From Lytechinus pictus (lineage: Eukaryota), in the NCBI RefSeq assembly GCF_037042905.1, contig NC_087246.1:11718001-11782000 (forward strand): a stretch of DNA of 64,000 nucleotides, written 5' to 3'. Each line of letters opens with the position of its first letter. Position 1 is the stretch's first letter. The position numbers and the translations under genes are program-made. The notes under the pieces were generated by a model that searched no databases, was not told where the DNA came from, and saw nothing but the letters and a program-made list of their open reading frames with translations. This document shows, in pieces, positions 1 through 12,869 of this stretch.

Positions 1-910
1 ATTTTTCTCCTTCACTCTACCTCTCTTTTTCCCTTTTGAATCCTGATTTCTATATCCTTCATGTCTACTCTATTCCTAATTATTATCACCCCTCAATGCA
101 CCTCCCCTATCTCTCATTCTCTCTCTTCTTTTTGTTCTCTACTTTTCATACAATACGGACACTTTCTATCTTCCACTCTCTAACATGTCAAACAGAAGAC
201 AGTTAATGTAGCATGACATAACAAGCAAGAATACCCATCTTACTGTCACAATTGCATGATTCAGTAAATAAAGAACCAAAATAGATTCTACTGACAATTA
301 CCGCTCTCAGCAAAAAACAAAGTTCACATTTCCAGTGGTATGCATTCAGAACACATTCTATGAACACATTCTATGATGGATTTTCGTCAAACCTGTTATA
401 GTTCTCAGATTTTTCTCCTTTTAATAAATCCAAAGATCTTGATGTTGGGATCAACATCCTATCTACTAATGTAAATACAATAATTTCAGGAAGGGAAGAG
501 AAAAGATGTCAATACGAGAAAGCCTCATCTCATTACCTTTACATGACTGGGCCTCAAGGGATGGGGATGGGGGAGGATTTTCAAGTAAAAGGCGGTGACT
601 ACAAAGAGAGATGGAGAGGCACAGACTTTAAGGAGAAAGGAAGCAATGATTATACATGTAGTGTTGTTTTCAGTCAGATCTTGTCGGTGTTGCATTTGAA
701 TATTTGTATTTGAAAGGTGGCAATTTGGGGAAACTGAAGGTAATAATTGAGGATTAAAAAAAAGTAAAAGGCGGAGATATCTATTTGACTTTAATATAGA
801 AGGTAGACGTATGAACGTTTGATATACATTTAGATGACAATTCTATAATAAATACAACCAGAGATGCCTTTGAACCTAAAATTACCTTTGAACTTTAGAA
901 TATAACCTAC

Positions 911-3900
911 CTCATGAAGCTGATTGGCTAGTTTCAAGTTCTGATCTTTCTGTTCCAAAAGCTCTCCAATGATGCCCTGCTTGTTGCTATTGGCAACCTT
1001 GAGGACCTCACTCTGATTGGCTAACTCCTTCCGCAGAGACTCCACCTCCATGCGGAGATCGTACGACATGTTCTCCTTCTCGGTGTGGGCAGTCTCCAGC
1101 TTCATACGGAGCTCATGCCTCTCCTGCTCCAGGGCCTGGAGAATTTGGAATAAAATTAATATCAACAATCGTATAATTATAAAAAAATATTTTAATCAAT
1201 AACTCTATCATAATAATTGAGTTATAACTTGATTGATTTCACTCTCCTTTTTCTAAATGTCTTTCTGCCCCTCCCTCCCCCTCTTTCTCTCCATCCCACC
1301 CCTCCCTCTACATTTCTTAAGTCTCACTGTCTCTATCTACATATAGATATGGCTCCTTGCCTTCCTTGTCTGTCTCATTTTACTTTCCTTATTCCTCCAT
1401 ATCTTTTCCCTCATCCTCCCTCTCCCTCCTCTCTCCTACATGTTCAATGCAATATTCTGCCTCAAAATCCCACAATCAATACCCAACCCATTGGCCATTA
1501 CAAGAAATATTCATAATTCAACAAGTATTAAAAGCATCTGTCCTGGAACGATCACGTCCTCGCATTCTCATTCACTTGCTCTCAACTTTCACCTTCATTG
1601 GCGGCATACTTGGTGCTGTGCAAGTCACGCAGGTAGAACTAAGTTGACCATTAGAAAGTATGCAGCAATTTCACGCAGCAGAGAATCAATGCTGAAGGAC
1701 ATTCGCTTGCACGCAACCTGTATATACATGTACATTGAACATCCAATGCATGGATAAAAGCCCAAATGTTATGTGCTTCAATCATAATGTGATCAAAATC
1801 ATCACAATGAGAATATTGCGTTAGGCAATTTTGATTGATTTATTTGAAACGAAGCAGTATGACCTTGCAGTCGATATGTACAGACATTAATTGTGGTGTT
1901 ACAAAACAAAAGGGGATCAATGGAAAGGTGATGTAATCTTCACTTTTGTACTCTCTACCAAGCCTACAGTTAAGAATATCTTACAAAATACATTCCCTAA
2001 AATGAAAATAATCTATTTGATTATACAGTGTGTATCAAAAAAAGTTTACACTTTGAAAAAGCCCTGGGAATTAAAAAAGATACATCATGTGGGTAATTTT
2101 TTCACATATAATCTTAGGTTTGGGTCTCATCTATCCAATGAAACTATAAGTTTTGACAGAATGTTACACTTGAGTGAGCACTGTCCATTTTTGTAAAGCT
2201 CGCAGAAATCTGTTTGCGCAGAAATGCTAGTTTTCACGCAGTGTCAAGGGGAAAGGGCAAAATCAAATTTACCCTGCGAAACATTTCTCATACATTTCCC
2301 TTGCAGTTTTAGTCAATTGAAATAAAACAGATACATTCAAGCATTTTGTAACAATTTTGCCACCCAAATTGATATTTCAACACTTAGTAAGCACAACCTT
2401 TACCCTTTTTGTGCCAGCTGGATCTGAGGACATAACTAAATCTGAACAAAAGTTTATATCAGACATCTCCAGCATTTTTTCACTAAGTTTTTATCATTTA
2501 AAGTGGGTTTACATTTCATTTTTTATTTAATACTTGTTTCTCCACACCTTTTCCAAGCTTGACAATGATTAACAAAATGAAAATCAAGCCTAAGCCATTT
2601 CATGTAAATCACAGCTCAGTGTAAATCAAATATCGTCACGATGGCCTTGGTGTGTGGGGGAGTGGGATGAAGCGCAATGCACTCTTTGAAGTGTTTTGGG
2701 CAAGGAAATAAGTTAAAAAGGTAAAAGAAATCTTCAAATCAATTTTACTAGCTAAATTCAACGTGTTCTTCATGATTAAGGTCTACTTTTATTCGCATAA
2801 CTATTTCAAAGTTCTGCGCAAATCATTTTTCACTAACTTTTCAAAAGTAAGTGGTGCTCACTCAAGCGGAAATATTTTTGACAGTTATATCGTCATTTGC
2901 TTAAATGGATCTGTACCAATGTTAAATTGTGGAAAAATCTTCAGGATATTACAAATGTATAATTTTACAGGATTTTTTATAAGTGTAAACTTTATTTTGA
3001 TACGCACTGTATAGCCTTTAGATTAATTTTTGTAAATGCATTTTGATATTCGAATGTACACAAAGTTTTACACGAAGTGGCCCAGTGCATGCAGAGTGAC
3101 TACTGTACATGTACATGTACACTGTAATAAAAAAAAACATTTGAAACATTTCTCCTTCATTCTTATGACTTTTTTATCTCTGCAAAGTGTATACATGTAC
3201 ATGTAGAAAGACTTTTTTTAAGACAGCTTGCAGGCAAAGTAAAAATGTCTTCCATTTAAAGAATAAAATCTTCTTTGTTGAATTTATTGATTCCTGGTCA
3301 AATACAAAGTAGAAACTGATTGAATATAAAAGAATGTAATGTAGATAAAACGTAGTATCTTATTAATTCAAATACTCATGCACTGGAAAAACTATGAACT
3401 TTTAAATACTCGATCAAATGAGCCTGGAATGAAACCTAGCTCCAAAACACATGTACATGTAGGCCTACGTATCAGTACTAATAGACCTGGAGGTTCCATT
3501 TGGAGGGGGGGGGGGCGTAAATGTTAGATTGATCAATAAATTGAACAAGTGGAATGCCTCTGGCGGTCTCACCTGCATCACACGCGATTCAATATAGCAG
3601 TAGTGCTGACTTTGAAAACTACTACAAATAATTATTCACAAAAAACACCATTCATATTTATAATGAAACAATACTACGTGCATCGACATTTGACCTTGAT
3701 CATGTGACCTAAAACTTGTCAGTGAAACTTGATTACCCCTATATCCACATCCACATTTTATACACTATATCTATAAAATTTGAAAGTAATGACAGCAATC
3801 TAATAATTACCTCTAAAATGGCCAAAGTTCAATGACCTTACATGACCTTTGACCTTGATCATGTGACGCGAAACTTGCACAGGATGTTCAGTGATACTTG

Positions 3901-5353
3901 ATTACTCTTATGTCCAAGTTTCATGAATCAGATCCATAAACTTTCAAAGTTATGATGGTAATTCAACAGATACCCCCATTATGGCCAAAGTTCATTGACC
4001 TTTGACCTTGGTCATGTGACCTGAAATGCGCACAGGATGTTCAGTGATACTTGATTACTCTTATGTCCAGGTTTTATGAACTAGACCAATACACTTTCAA
4101 AGTCATGATGTAATTCAACAAATACCCCCAACTTGGCCGAAGTTCATTGACCTTAAATGACCTTTGACCTTAATCATGTGACCTGAAACTTGCACAGGAT
4201 GTTGATTACTCTTATGTCCAAGTTTCATGAATCAGATCCATAAACTTTTAAAGTTATGATGGTAATTCAACAGATACCCCCAATCTGGCCAAAGTTCATT
4301 GACCCTAAGGCCTAAATGACCTTTGACCTTGGTCATGTGACGTGAAACTCAAGCAGGATGTTCAGTAATACTTGATTAACCTTATGTCCAAGTTTCATGA
4401 ACTAGGTCCATATATTTTCTAAGTTATGATGACATTTCAAAAACTTAACCTTAGGTTAAGATTTTGATGTTGATTCCCCCAACATGGTCTAAGTTCATTG
4501 ACCCTAAATGACCTTTGACCTTAGTCATATGACCTGAAACTCAGGCAGGATGTTCAGTAATACTTGATTAATCTTATGGCAAAGTTTCATCAACTAGGTC
4601 CATATACTTTCTAATTTATGCTGTCATTTCAAAAACTTAACCTTAGGTTAAGATTTGGTGTTGACGCCGCCGCCGTCGGAAAAGCGGCGCCTATAGTCTC
4701 ACTCTGCAATGCAGGTGAGACAAAAACTATTACACAAATTTTAATCACTTAACAGTGTGAAATACATGTACATGTGTAATGCACTTTTTAATTAATTGGA
4801 TATTTATGTTTATGTTTGTGGTAACTCCCGTAGGAACTCGGCAGGACAGCATTTTGCTGGTAAACACCAAGCTGGTATGTAACCAATTACCTAGAAACAT
4901 TTTATATATTTATATATATATGTGTAAAGTTATAAATGTACAACAGCTTTGGCAACTCTTTTATTTAAATATTGTAAAGAAATGGATGAAGAGAACAATG
5001 GTAGGCGTAGCTTAAATCAAGGTTCCCCAGAGCTATCTACCCTTTGGAAAAATTGGTGACGCCGAAAAAATGTCTCTGCCGGGAATCGAACCCGGGCCCC
5101 CAGCTTTGAACGCCGGTGCCTTAACCACTAGACCACAGAGACGGGTTAGTGGCTAGGGCAACCCCGATCCGATTGACCGTCAGATAGACAGATTTTCGAC
5201 ACTATACCAATTATAATTTCCTTTGTCGGGTGAAGGTGGGTTTCGAACAATGACAAGCCGCCATGCTTCAGCTGGATCAAAGCTATTGCTTTGATACAGT
5301 ACACGTATGGGAGAAAGTATACAAATATGTGTAAAGTTATAAATGTACAACAG

Positions 5354-5396
<43 letters not shown>

Positions 5397-8300
5397 ATTG
5401 GCGAAGAAGCTCAAAAAGCATTGAAGCTAGAGACGTGAAGATACCTGAAGAAGGCCCAACTAAATGGCTGAAAGCTTGTACTAATAAAAGTTGAAGAAAT
5501 CCAGGCTACGTCTCTAGCTTCAATGCTTTTTGAGCTTCTTCGCCAATATATTACTCACTGAAGCACCCACGCAATGTTTAGGTCCTTGCTCGTCACAATT
5601 ATATATATATATATATATATACATATATGTATATATGATATATATTTGATGCTCTATGGATGTAAACAAGGATGTGCGGGTGGATTGGAATGGTTGTGGT
5701 ACAAATGAACAGTCATTGGACATGATTCTACATACATATTTAAAGCCTACGATTTTAGATTTCCTTTTCTAATTCATAAGCATGAACGAATTAGTGTCTT
5801 ATAGGACTTGATGTAATATACATGTTCATGTACAGCATAAAGTAAGCTGAGAAAAGGGCAATGACCAAATTAAAACCGAGATCTTTTCACCTTTACAGTT
5901 TTTTTTTAGAAACATACCTGTATGTATAATGCTGAGTTGAACTAGAAATGACTCACAAAAAAATTTACTAGGACTTCACTAATTTCTGTCTAAAGTGCAG
6001 AACTTAAGAAAATATGGTATTTCCCCTGGTTGGTTTTGTAATGAATACACTGATTTATAATAGATAAGTGGTTGACATGAACCTATAACCCGGATGTAAT
6101 CAAAACCAATCACTTCCTGTGAATGCAGAAAGAGAAAAACGACATAACTTCACATGTACATGTACAGTACTTGACCAAGCCATTCGGGAAAGAAAATAAA
6201 GTTTGGGTGGGGTGCGTAGCAAAAATGTCATTACAAAAACATGAAATTTTTCAATTCTAAAATAAAAATTGCTTTTACCCCTTGCAAATATCTACATTTA
6301 TTCAAAAGTTCATATAAATTATCAAGTTAAAATAACAGTAACCAAACTCCAGAGTCAAAGGCTAAAAGACTGATATTTAAAAGGGAACATTATAATTTTC
6401 ACATCAATGTATTTTCATAAAATATAAAGTTAGAATAAATATGTATTATAAATATATTCCAACTTTATATAATTTTTAGGCAGACATACACTCATTATGT
6501 ACTGTGCAATGTACATGTATGGACATTTTGTTGTCACACTGGTCCTAAACAATTAATTTACTACTATTATAATCTATATGTTCTTCAAAATCTGAGACTC
6601 TGAGCGTAATAATTTCCTTACATTACAAACCAAATTCAAGTCTGAAAAAAATGTTTTTATTTGTCAAAATTACTGCCTATGATTGTATTTTTTTGTATTG
6701 ACACAAGCAGTATTTATTTAAGGCTTCACAGTTCAGGCCACTACACAATGGTTTTGATCAATTAAAATATCTCAACATCTGCTCAACACAAAACAGACAC
6801 ACGTACAATCAATACTAACCTTACATGTATTTTTTTATACATGTATATTTGCAACAATAGTCGTACAGCATATAAAGGAATTAGAAACAGTGTTATAATA
6901 CAGGGTTACTTTAATTTTCAGCTTTAACAGCATGAATGAAACTGACTCCTGAATATTTATACCAAAGTATATAGTATACCATATTTTCTATGTTCATTTT
7001 ATTTTCTATGATTATTCTCAGTTTGAATATAGCCTACATGTACATGTATGCACACATCACTCTGAGCTACAAAAATGAGGACCAGGTAAAGTAAGGCACT
7101 GTATGTGTGATTGGACCGACTGATCTTTTGATAAAAAATTTGGGTATTGATGCATTGCATCATGACGTATACTGCATTGTTCTGTGGCATTGGAATTTGA
7201 CAATTATTACATAAATAATTTTGCTATAGAAACAACAATAATAATGATCATATTCAGTGCAGTGATGCACCATCCAGCCAAAGTGAGCCAATAACAATGT
7301 CCATGGTAATTGAAATTCAGAATCAACACTAAAGATGTTACTTTTTTTTAAATGTTTGGGTAGTCTGCTTCTCCATTTTATATCAACTGTCATTTCAAAT
7401 GACCAGTATAATTAGTTCAGATCTATACCATTGTGCTTGCCATAGTTTAAAGCAACTTAATTAAAAGGAATGACTTCACTAGTTCTTATTCTCCTATTTT
7501 GTTATTTTTCTCTGTTTTCTTTCCCCTTCTTCTTCTTCCACTTCCTCCCCCTGTCCATTCTTCAACTTCATCAACATCATCTTTTCTTCATCTTCCCCTT
7601 CTCCTGAACACCTTCTCTATCATATTCTTCTACTTTGCTACATAATCTCCAATCTAGACTTGTAGACAATTTTTCTGACTGCCATGATCCTGGTATCGAT
7701 GATACACCTGAGCAAACAGTGATGGCTTCTTAACTGCACGTCTTCTTACCTATATCTAATATTACGCCAAACTTGGTGAACAAATCAAGCATCTTTACTC
7801 TCGGAAGCCTACATCTAATACAATACCTGGGACTGATGCAATCTTGAGTTTGTGGAACGTTTATTAACATACTGTACATGATATGCAAAATAATCTTGAT
7901 GTGTACAGCATCGTAAATTCTCAATATCAAGCCTACATCTATCACCTGCACCCGTTCTCTCTCTCTCTCTCTCATGTGTTTATCTTTTTTATTACCTGTC
8001 ATGAACAAAGATCTACATTCATCTGAATTCTCTATTTCTCTCTCTCTCTCTTGTTCCAAGAATATATTTTCTGCTTTGATCCCTTAATTATTTTATAAAG
8101 TGAACAAAGTTTTCAATTTGACAGCATGCTAATAAACTCTCACTTCCAATGGGTCTCAATTACCTGTTTCTAAGGGGCTGATAGAAACTCTATCATTAAA
8201 TTATAGTTCTACCACAAGAATAAAAGATAAGACTTGGGTTTCTAAAGATCTTTTTTTTTTCTCCTATAGAAATGCAGTCTCTTTATTAATGTACATGAAT

Positions 8301-11300
8301 CTGATCAATCTACATAAATGTAACACATTCGCCAAAACCATATTACACTCCTTTGCTTAAATTGTGAACTCTTTTTTTTTTGGTTGGTCTCTATTAGGAT
8401 GAATTTAACTGGAAGTTTGTATTATGGACAAATAAAGTCAATTCATTTTGACAAAAGAAAAAAAATACATACATGTACAAACAGTACATGTAGACAGTGA
8501 GGTCATTCATCATAACCTCACAGGTTATCATATTCCTTGAAAACTGGAGTAATCATATGCACGCGTGACAATAGAGAAATGCATCAAGGTTATTTACTTC
8601 AAGCAGTGTTCCCTCATCAATCATTCTAAACAGGGTGGCATAATAAATGGATATCAATAAATGAAAATGACCAGAAATATGTGTGCTTTTTTAAATGACC
8701 TTGGTTGCCATAGCTTAGCAAGAAATATCAAATATGGTACAAGTATACCCATGTTTAACCATGCTCAGGTGAAATTTAATCCATATTAATGGAAACAATA
8801 TCAAACTTGTTATTAAAGTAAAATTTCCAATGATCAGTAAAAACTGGGAAATCTTAACAAATTTTCAAACTGTGCATTTTTTATTTCTTCATATTCTTTC
8901 TTTATCCCTCCCCCATTCTTTATCACTTTTTTCCTTATTCACTTTGCTGATAACTCGCATGGTACATGCAGTACAATGTTGAAGGAAGATTTTAGGTTTT
9001 TTATTTTTTATTTTTAGGAAATGGAAAAAGAACAAAATGAATAATAAGGTGAAACTTTGAAGAAAAAAAAGAGCACATGAGAGCGTGAAAGGGGTAGAAA
9101 AAAAATTTATCGCAAATAATAGGACAAGAAAATAATAGAAATAGAGCTAAGATTCAAGATAGAATATTAACAAAAAATAAATGATATAAATGAAACACAA
9201 TACTATTCAAACTAAATTTATAAACAATGTGAATAAGACTAATAAAGCAATGCATTAAAAAAGACAAATTCTTCATTTCTCTAAAGCCAGATCTGGAATT
9301 ATTCACCAGAATGTCAGCATATTGGCATTATACAGACATTCAAATCATCCACATTCTGAAGATTCAAATACCATTCCAAAGCTAAATGTGGTTTTCAGTG
9401 TGATTCCTACCCACACACAAGCCGCAATATACAATTTCCATAATCAAACAATTTTTTTGTTTGGCTCCAATCCAGCAGTTTTTGTTTTCAATTTTATATT
9501 CTGTTTTTCATTTTCTCTCAAAAGAAATAGGTCTGTACTTTGACGTATTGAACAACACTCATTTTAATATCAAGTTGAAAGAATATAACAGAACCATAAA
9601 AGTGTATGTCAAAATGACTGTCTTACAAGCTGTATTTTCTACCTGTAGATACACATGAAGCACTTATGTTTTTAAGAGCTCTATCTAGCCTTCTGAATGT
9701 CATTTTCCCGTCATTTTGCTTCGTTCATACAGAGGCAAACATGCACATTGTAATGTGTCTCTATCAAAGCATAATGTAATTAAAATAATGAAGTAAAAAA
9801 TTGCTGATAAATCAAATTTATAAACTCAAATTATTGGTATCTTCAAGCTGCTTTATTGTCTACAATGTACTTTTTTTTTTCATCTGGCTGTATGTCCTCT
9901 TGACTTTTTGTACCCCTTTATCTTCTGGGCTCCATAACACGAATGTTTGATAAATACTAATGACCAATCTGAATCAAGATCATCATTGCATGCGCACTCT
10001 GTTTAAAATACTGACCGGGAACCAATCATATTTTCATATTTGCAATTCATCGCAAACTTTGTGTTACGGAGCCCTGATCTTTCAAACTCTTTCTAACATT
10101 TCAACATGTCTAAAATCTCGGAATATCTCCCTTTTTCTGACTCACTGCATTGTAAATACCCCCCCCATACATACTTCTCTCTGTGTATCTCTGCAATTTA
10201 AGATATCAGGCCTTTATTGTACATTTTTAGGGCAAAACACTTATTAATAGTATACGGCAGGTTTCTATATTACCAAATGAAGGGAAATGTTTTAAGAGAA
10301 TCCAAGATAACTGTAGGAAGTATATCATTCCCAATCTTCACTGATAATATCTATTATATTTGAAATTTGAAAAACAATACTAAACAAAAAATGAAGAAAG
10401 TATTTCATATTCATTCATCGCTAAGCTCACCTCAATGCTTGCGCTCGTCTCCTGCTTAGCTTGTTGATTGAGGATACGTAGCTCCTGGTTCTCCTCCAGG
10501 AGTGCATTACCAAACTCTCCAGCCATCTTGAGCTTCTCTTCCATCTCGGCTAGTTGGTGGTAGACATCATCCTCCATGATGAGGGTGTGGTCACCATCGG
10601 GGTCATCTAGGAACCTACAGGTTAAAGTGCAGAGGTTAAAGGTCACGTTTAGTTCAACTTCACGACTATTCAGCAAATATTCATACAAATTCTACACATT
10701 TATTCAGGACCGTAGGACTATGAATAATAAATATGTCACACTTTGACAAGTTCTAAAAGGTATCAACTTGTACAAGTACTTAGTACATCTTATCAGATTT
10801 GTGTTTGTGGGAGCAGTGGGCAGATATATTAATAAATTAATTAAAGAACCTTCTTTTATTAACAGAGGATGCTGTCCATGAAATTCATGCAATAGTTATT
10901 GAAATTCATTGGAGTATAAATCCTTTAATCATAACAAACAAATTGGAGTGGAATATAAAACATTGTCTGAGATAATTTAAACATAGATCAACGGTTCAAT
11001 ACTTGTCACGTATTGAGAACTCATCAAGCAAATAGTGTAAACCAACAAAACCACTCATTTCTCTGTGTGCATAATGCAGCTCAAGATTACACTTACATTA
11101 TGCATGCACATATTTATTTGAATTTCACTGTTTGATAGCAAATCAAACATCCACTCTCTGTCACTGGAGCATGTACGGCATTTCAAGCAGGATTCATTTC
11201 AATAAAGATTTGACTAAAATAAGGGTGTACATGTATGTAAGTAAGTCTCAAATGACTAATACATGTATCTCAATGATTTGTACAATGTAATTAAATATGG

Positions 11301-11669
11301 AGGATTTTTTTCACATTCTTTGAGCATTTCAGAATAAACTGCAAAAGGACAACTTTGATTTTTTTTTTTTTTTCATTACTCGATTTCAATGACTGGCAAG
11401 CTTTAGGGGCAGTAAAGAAGGATTCTTAATTACAGACAGAAGTGACCTCATCATTACCTTAGATTAGGCTCCCCTTCGTCTTCTTCATGAATGGCAAGCG
11501 ATGTCGCTGCACGGCTTGAACCACTCAAAATATTCTCATCAGGGGTACCATCCCAAGACAGATCACTCATGACAGACTCATTGTCTCCGCCATCGGCCGA
11601 AGAGCCCTGGTATGACTGAATGGAGTGAGGCATGGCAATGGGAGGACTTGGTTCACGCGCTACTGCCAT
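911..11669 (-). CDS. BICDL1: BICD-family-like cargo adaptor (bicaudal D-related, BICDR/BICDL-like), 5' coding exons 11669-11458, 10614-10431, 1135-911; gene continues past the left edge
   Basis: Three exons have GT-AG ends and consistent phases (2, 0, 0). The ATG at 11669 is in a CCAAGATGG context. The protein reads LAEMEEKLKMAGEFGNALLEENQEL...ALEQERHELRMKLE...ELLEQKDQNLKLANQL, resembling the CC1-box coiled coil of BICDR1 (LAARLGKALLERN...LEQEKHELR). Spindly and other adaptors are a less likely alternative. Confidence 0.75.
2026..3009. mobile_element. Non-autonomous Tc1/mariner-type element
   Basis: TA|CAGTGTGTATCAAAAAAAGTTTACACTT ... AAGTGTAAACTTTATTTTGATACGCACTG|TA. Imperfect inverted similarity extends about 200 bp inward. 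No transposase ORF. Confidence 0.85.
3544..4726 (+). mobile_element. Helentron-associated / pearl-Tsp-like non-autonomous element with internal tandem repeats
   Basis: Subterminal inverted repeat GTCTCACCTGCA (3566) / TGCAGGTGAGAC (4710-4721), a 3' hairpin and a short A-run end. About 6 internal units of ~150-200 bp contain TGACCTTTGACCTTG. Confidence 0.7.
4918..5356. repeat. 407-bp unit with 32-bp terminal direct repeat, embedded in (TA)n and carrying the tRNA-like gene
   Basis: ATATGTGTAAAGTTATAAATGTACAACAGCTT occurs at 4918-4949 and 5325-5356, with TA microsatellite on both sides. Confidence 0.8.
5071..5142 (-). tRNA. tRNA-like gene with UCA anticodon (opal-suppressor-like, probably repeat-borne); not tRNA-Sec
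   Basis: 72-nt cloverleaf: acceptor stem GTCTCTG/CAGAGAC, D stem GTCT/AGGC, anticodon stem CCGGC/GCTGG with loop GT-TCA-AA, 4-nt variable loop, T stem CCGGG-TTCGATT-CCCGG. A and B boxes are intact and TTTTTT follows immediately 3'. Confidence 0.75.
5394..5600 (+). mobile_element. Penelope-like element fragment with inverted segment and minimal hammerhead-like motif
   Basis: Perfect 43-bp inverted repeat (5394-5436 / 5508-5550). The spacer contains CTGAAGA-AGGCC..GGCT-GAAA-GCTT. Flanked by (TA)n. Confidence 0.55.
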
Positions 11670-12599
11670 CTTGGATCCATAGAGAAGTGCCAACAAGTAG
11701 GGTAGACATCTTGGGCCCTAATATACTATTCAGGATTGGTAACTATTTTTTTTTTTTATAAGATCTATGGGACCACTAGATATGCCAAAAATGCATGGTC
11801 CTGTTCCAATACAGATAAGTCTCTTTAAATTTACAGTGCCTAAAGTTCAGCCTTCCTTAAGTTTCTAATAAAATTGTGTGTGGGGTATAATATTCCTAAA
11901 CTCCAATATCTTATGTGTAGGCAAGAAGTTACTGGAATAAATTATATAGAGAGATTAATTGCGGTGCAGACAGCAGAGTATAATGATGCTACAGTAGTAC
12001 AATGATCTATAGCAGGACTGAGATTTTCAATGTAGAACTTTTACACTAGATCATCCCTTTTTAAGCCATGTACACATAATGATAATTATCTACAAATGTA
12101 CATCACTTGGTCTCAATGTGCCTCCTACATGATTTGATCCTATTGGCTCTGCTTCATACAATCTGTAACAAGAGAAAAAAAAGGGGGAAAAAACTGCCAT
12201 TAAAATCATGTTAGCATCGAGGTGACTCAGATCGTAATCTTGTATGATTGCTTATTCATCATTTCAATCTACATGTTGAAATTTCAAGGATAAATCAAAA
12301 TTGATAAAAAGATAGTATGAAAATAATGTGTTAAAATTTTGCAAATGCCGAAGAGCCACTTTGATTGGTTTTCATAAACATTTGAAATTTTAAGAATAAG
12401 TCAATATTGTTCACTCTAGAACAAATTTTTATTTTCACAAATACTTGCAGAACAAGAATTTACAAGGGTAGACAGCCGAATAGCAATTAAAACAAAAGAA
12501 AATCAAACAGGATGATTTAACTAGAAATTTCATCAATGTATGATATCAAACACAGGTTTATTGGGCATACAGTATAAGTAAGCAAAAGAGAGAGAGCTG

Positions 12600-12869
12600 G
12601 GCCCCGTCTTACAAAGATGATTGATCCGATCAATCGTAACTATGGAAAGCCAGCAATGTCAACATCTAAAATACATGTTTGTTCAAAATATTTTCTAGAA
12701 ATGATGTATTCACTGTTTTCTTGACAATTCAGTATACCGGTAGTATAGCACTTCTCTTTGTTTTCAAAGGACATTGAGCAAATTTCCTAAAGAAAAAATT
12801 ATGATATTGATGGATTTCCATATACTTGAGATAGATTGGATCAATCGTAACCCTTTGTAAGATGGGGTC
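12600..12869. mobile_element. PIF/Harbinger-like MITE
   Basis: CTG|GGCCCCGTCTTACAAAG ... CTTTGTAAGATGGGGTC|CTG. A related, diverged copy lies in reverse orientation at ~19893-20158. Confidence 0.7.

Noticed and set aside
3680-4650. CRISPR-like array
   Set aside because: The units are long tandem repeats with no unique spacers, the context is eukaryotic, and there are no cas genes.
5071-5142. Selenocysteine tRNA
   Set aside because: It has the UCA anticodon but a 7-bp acceptor stem, 4-bp D stem and 4-nt variable loop. The long variable arm and 9/4 fold of eukaryotic tRNA-Sec are absent.
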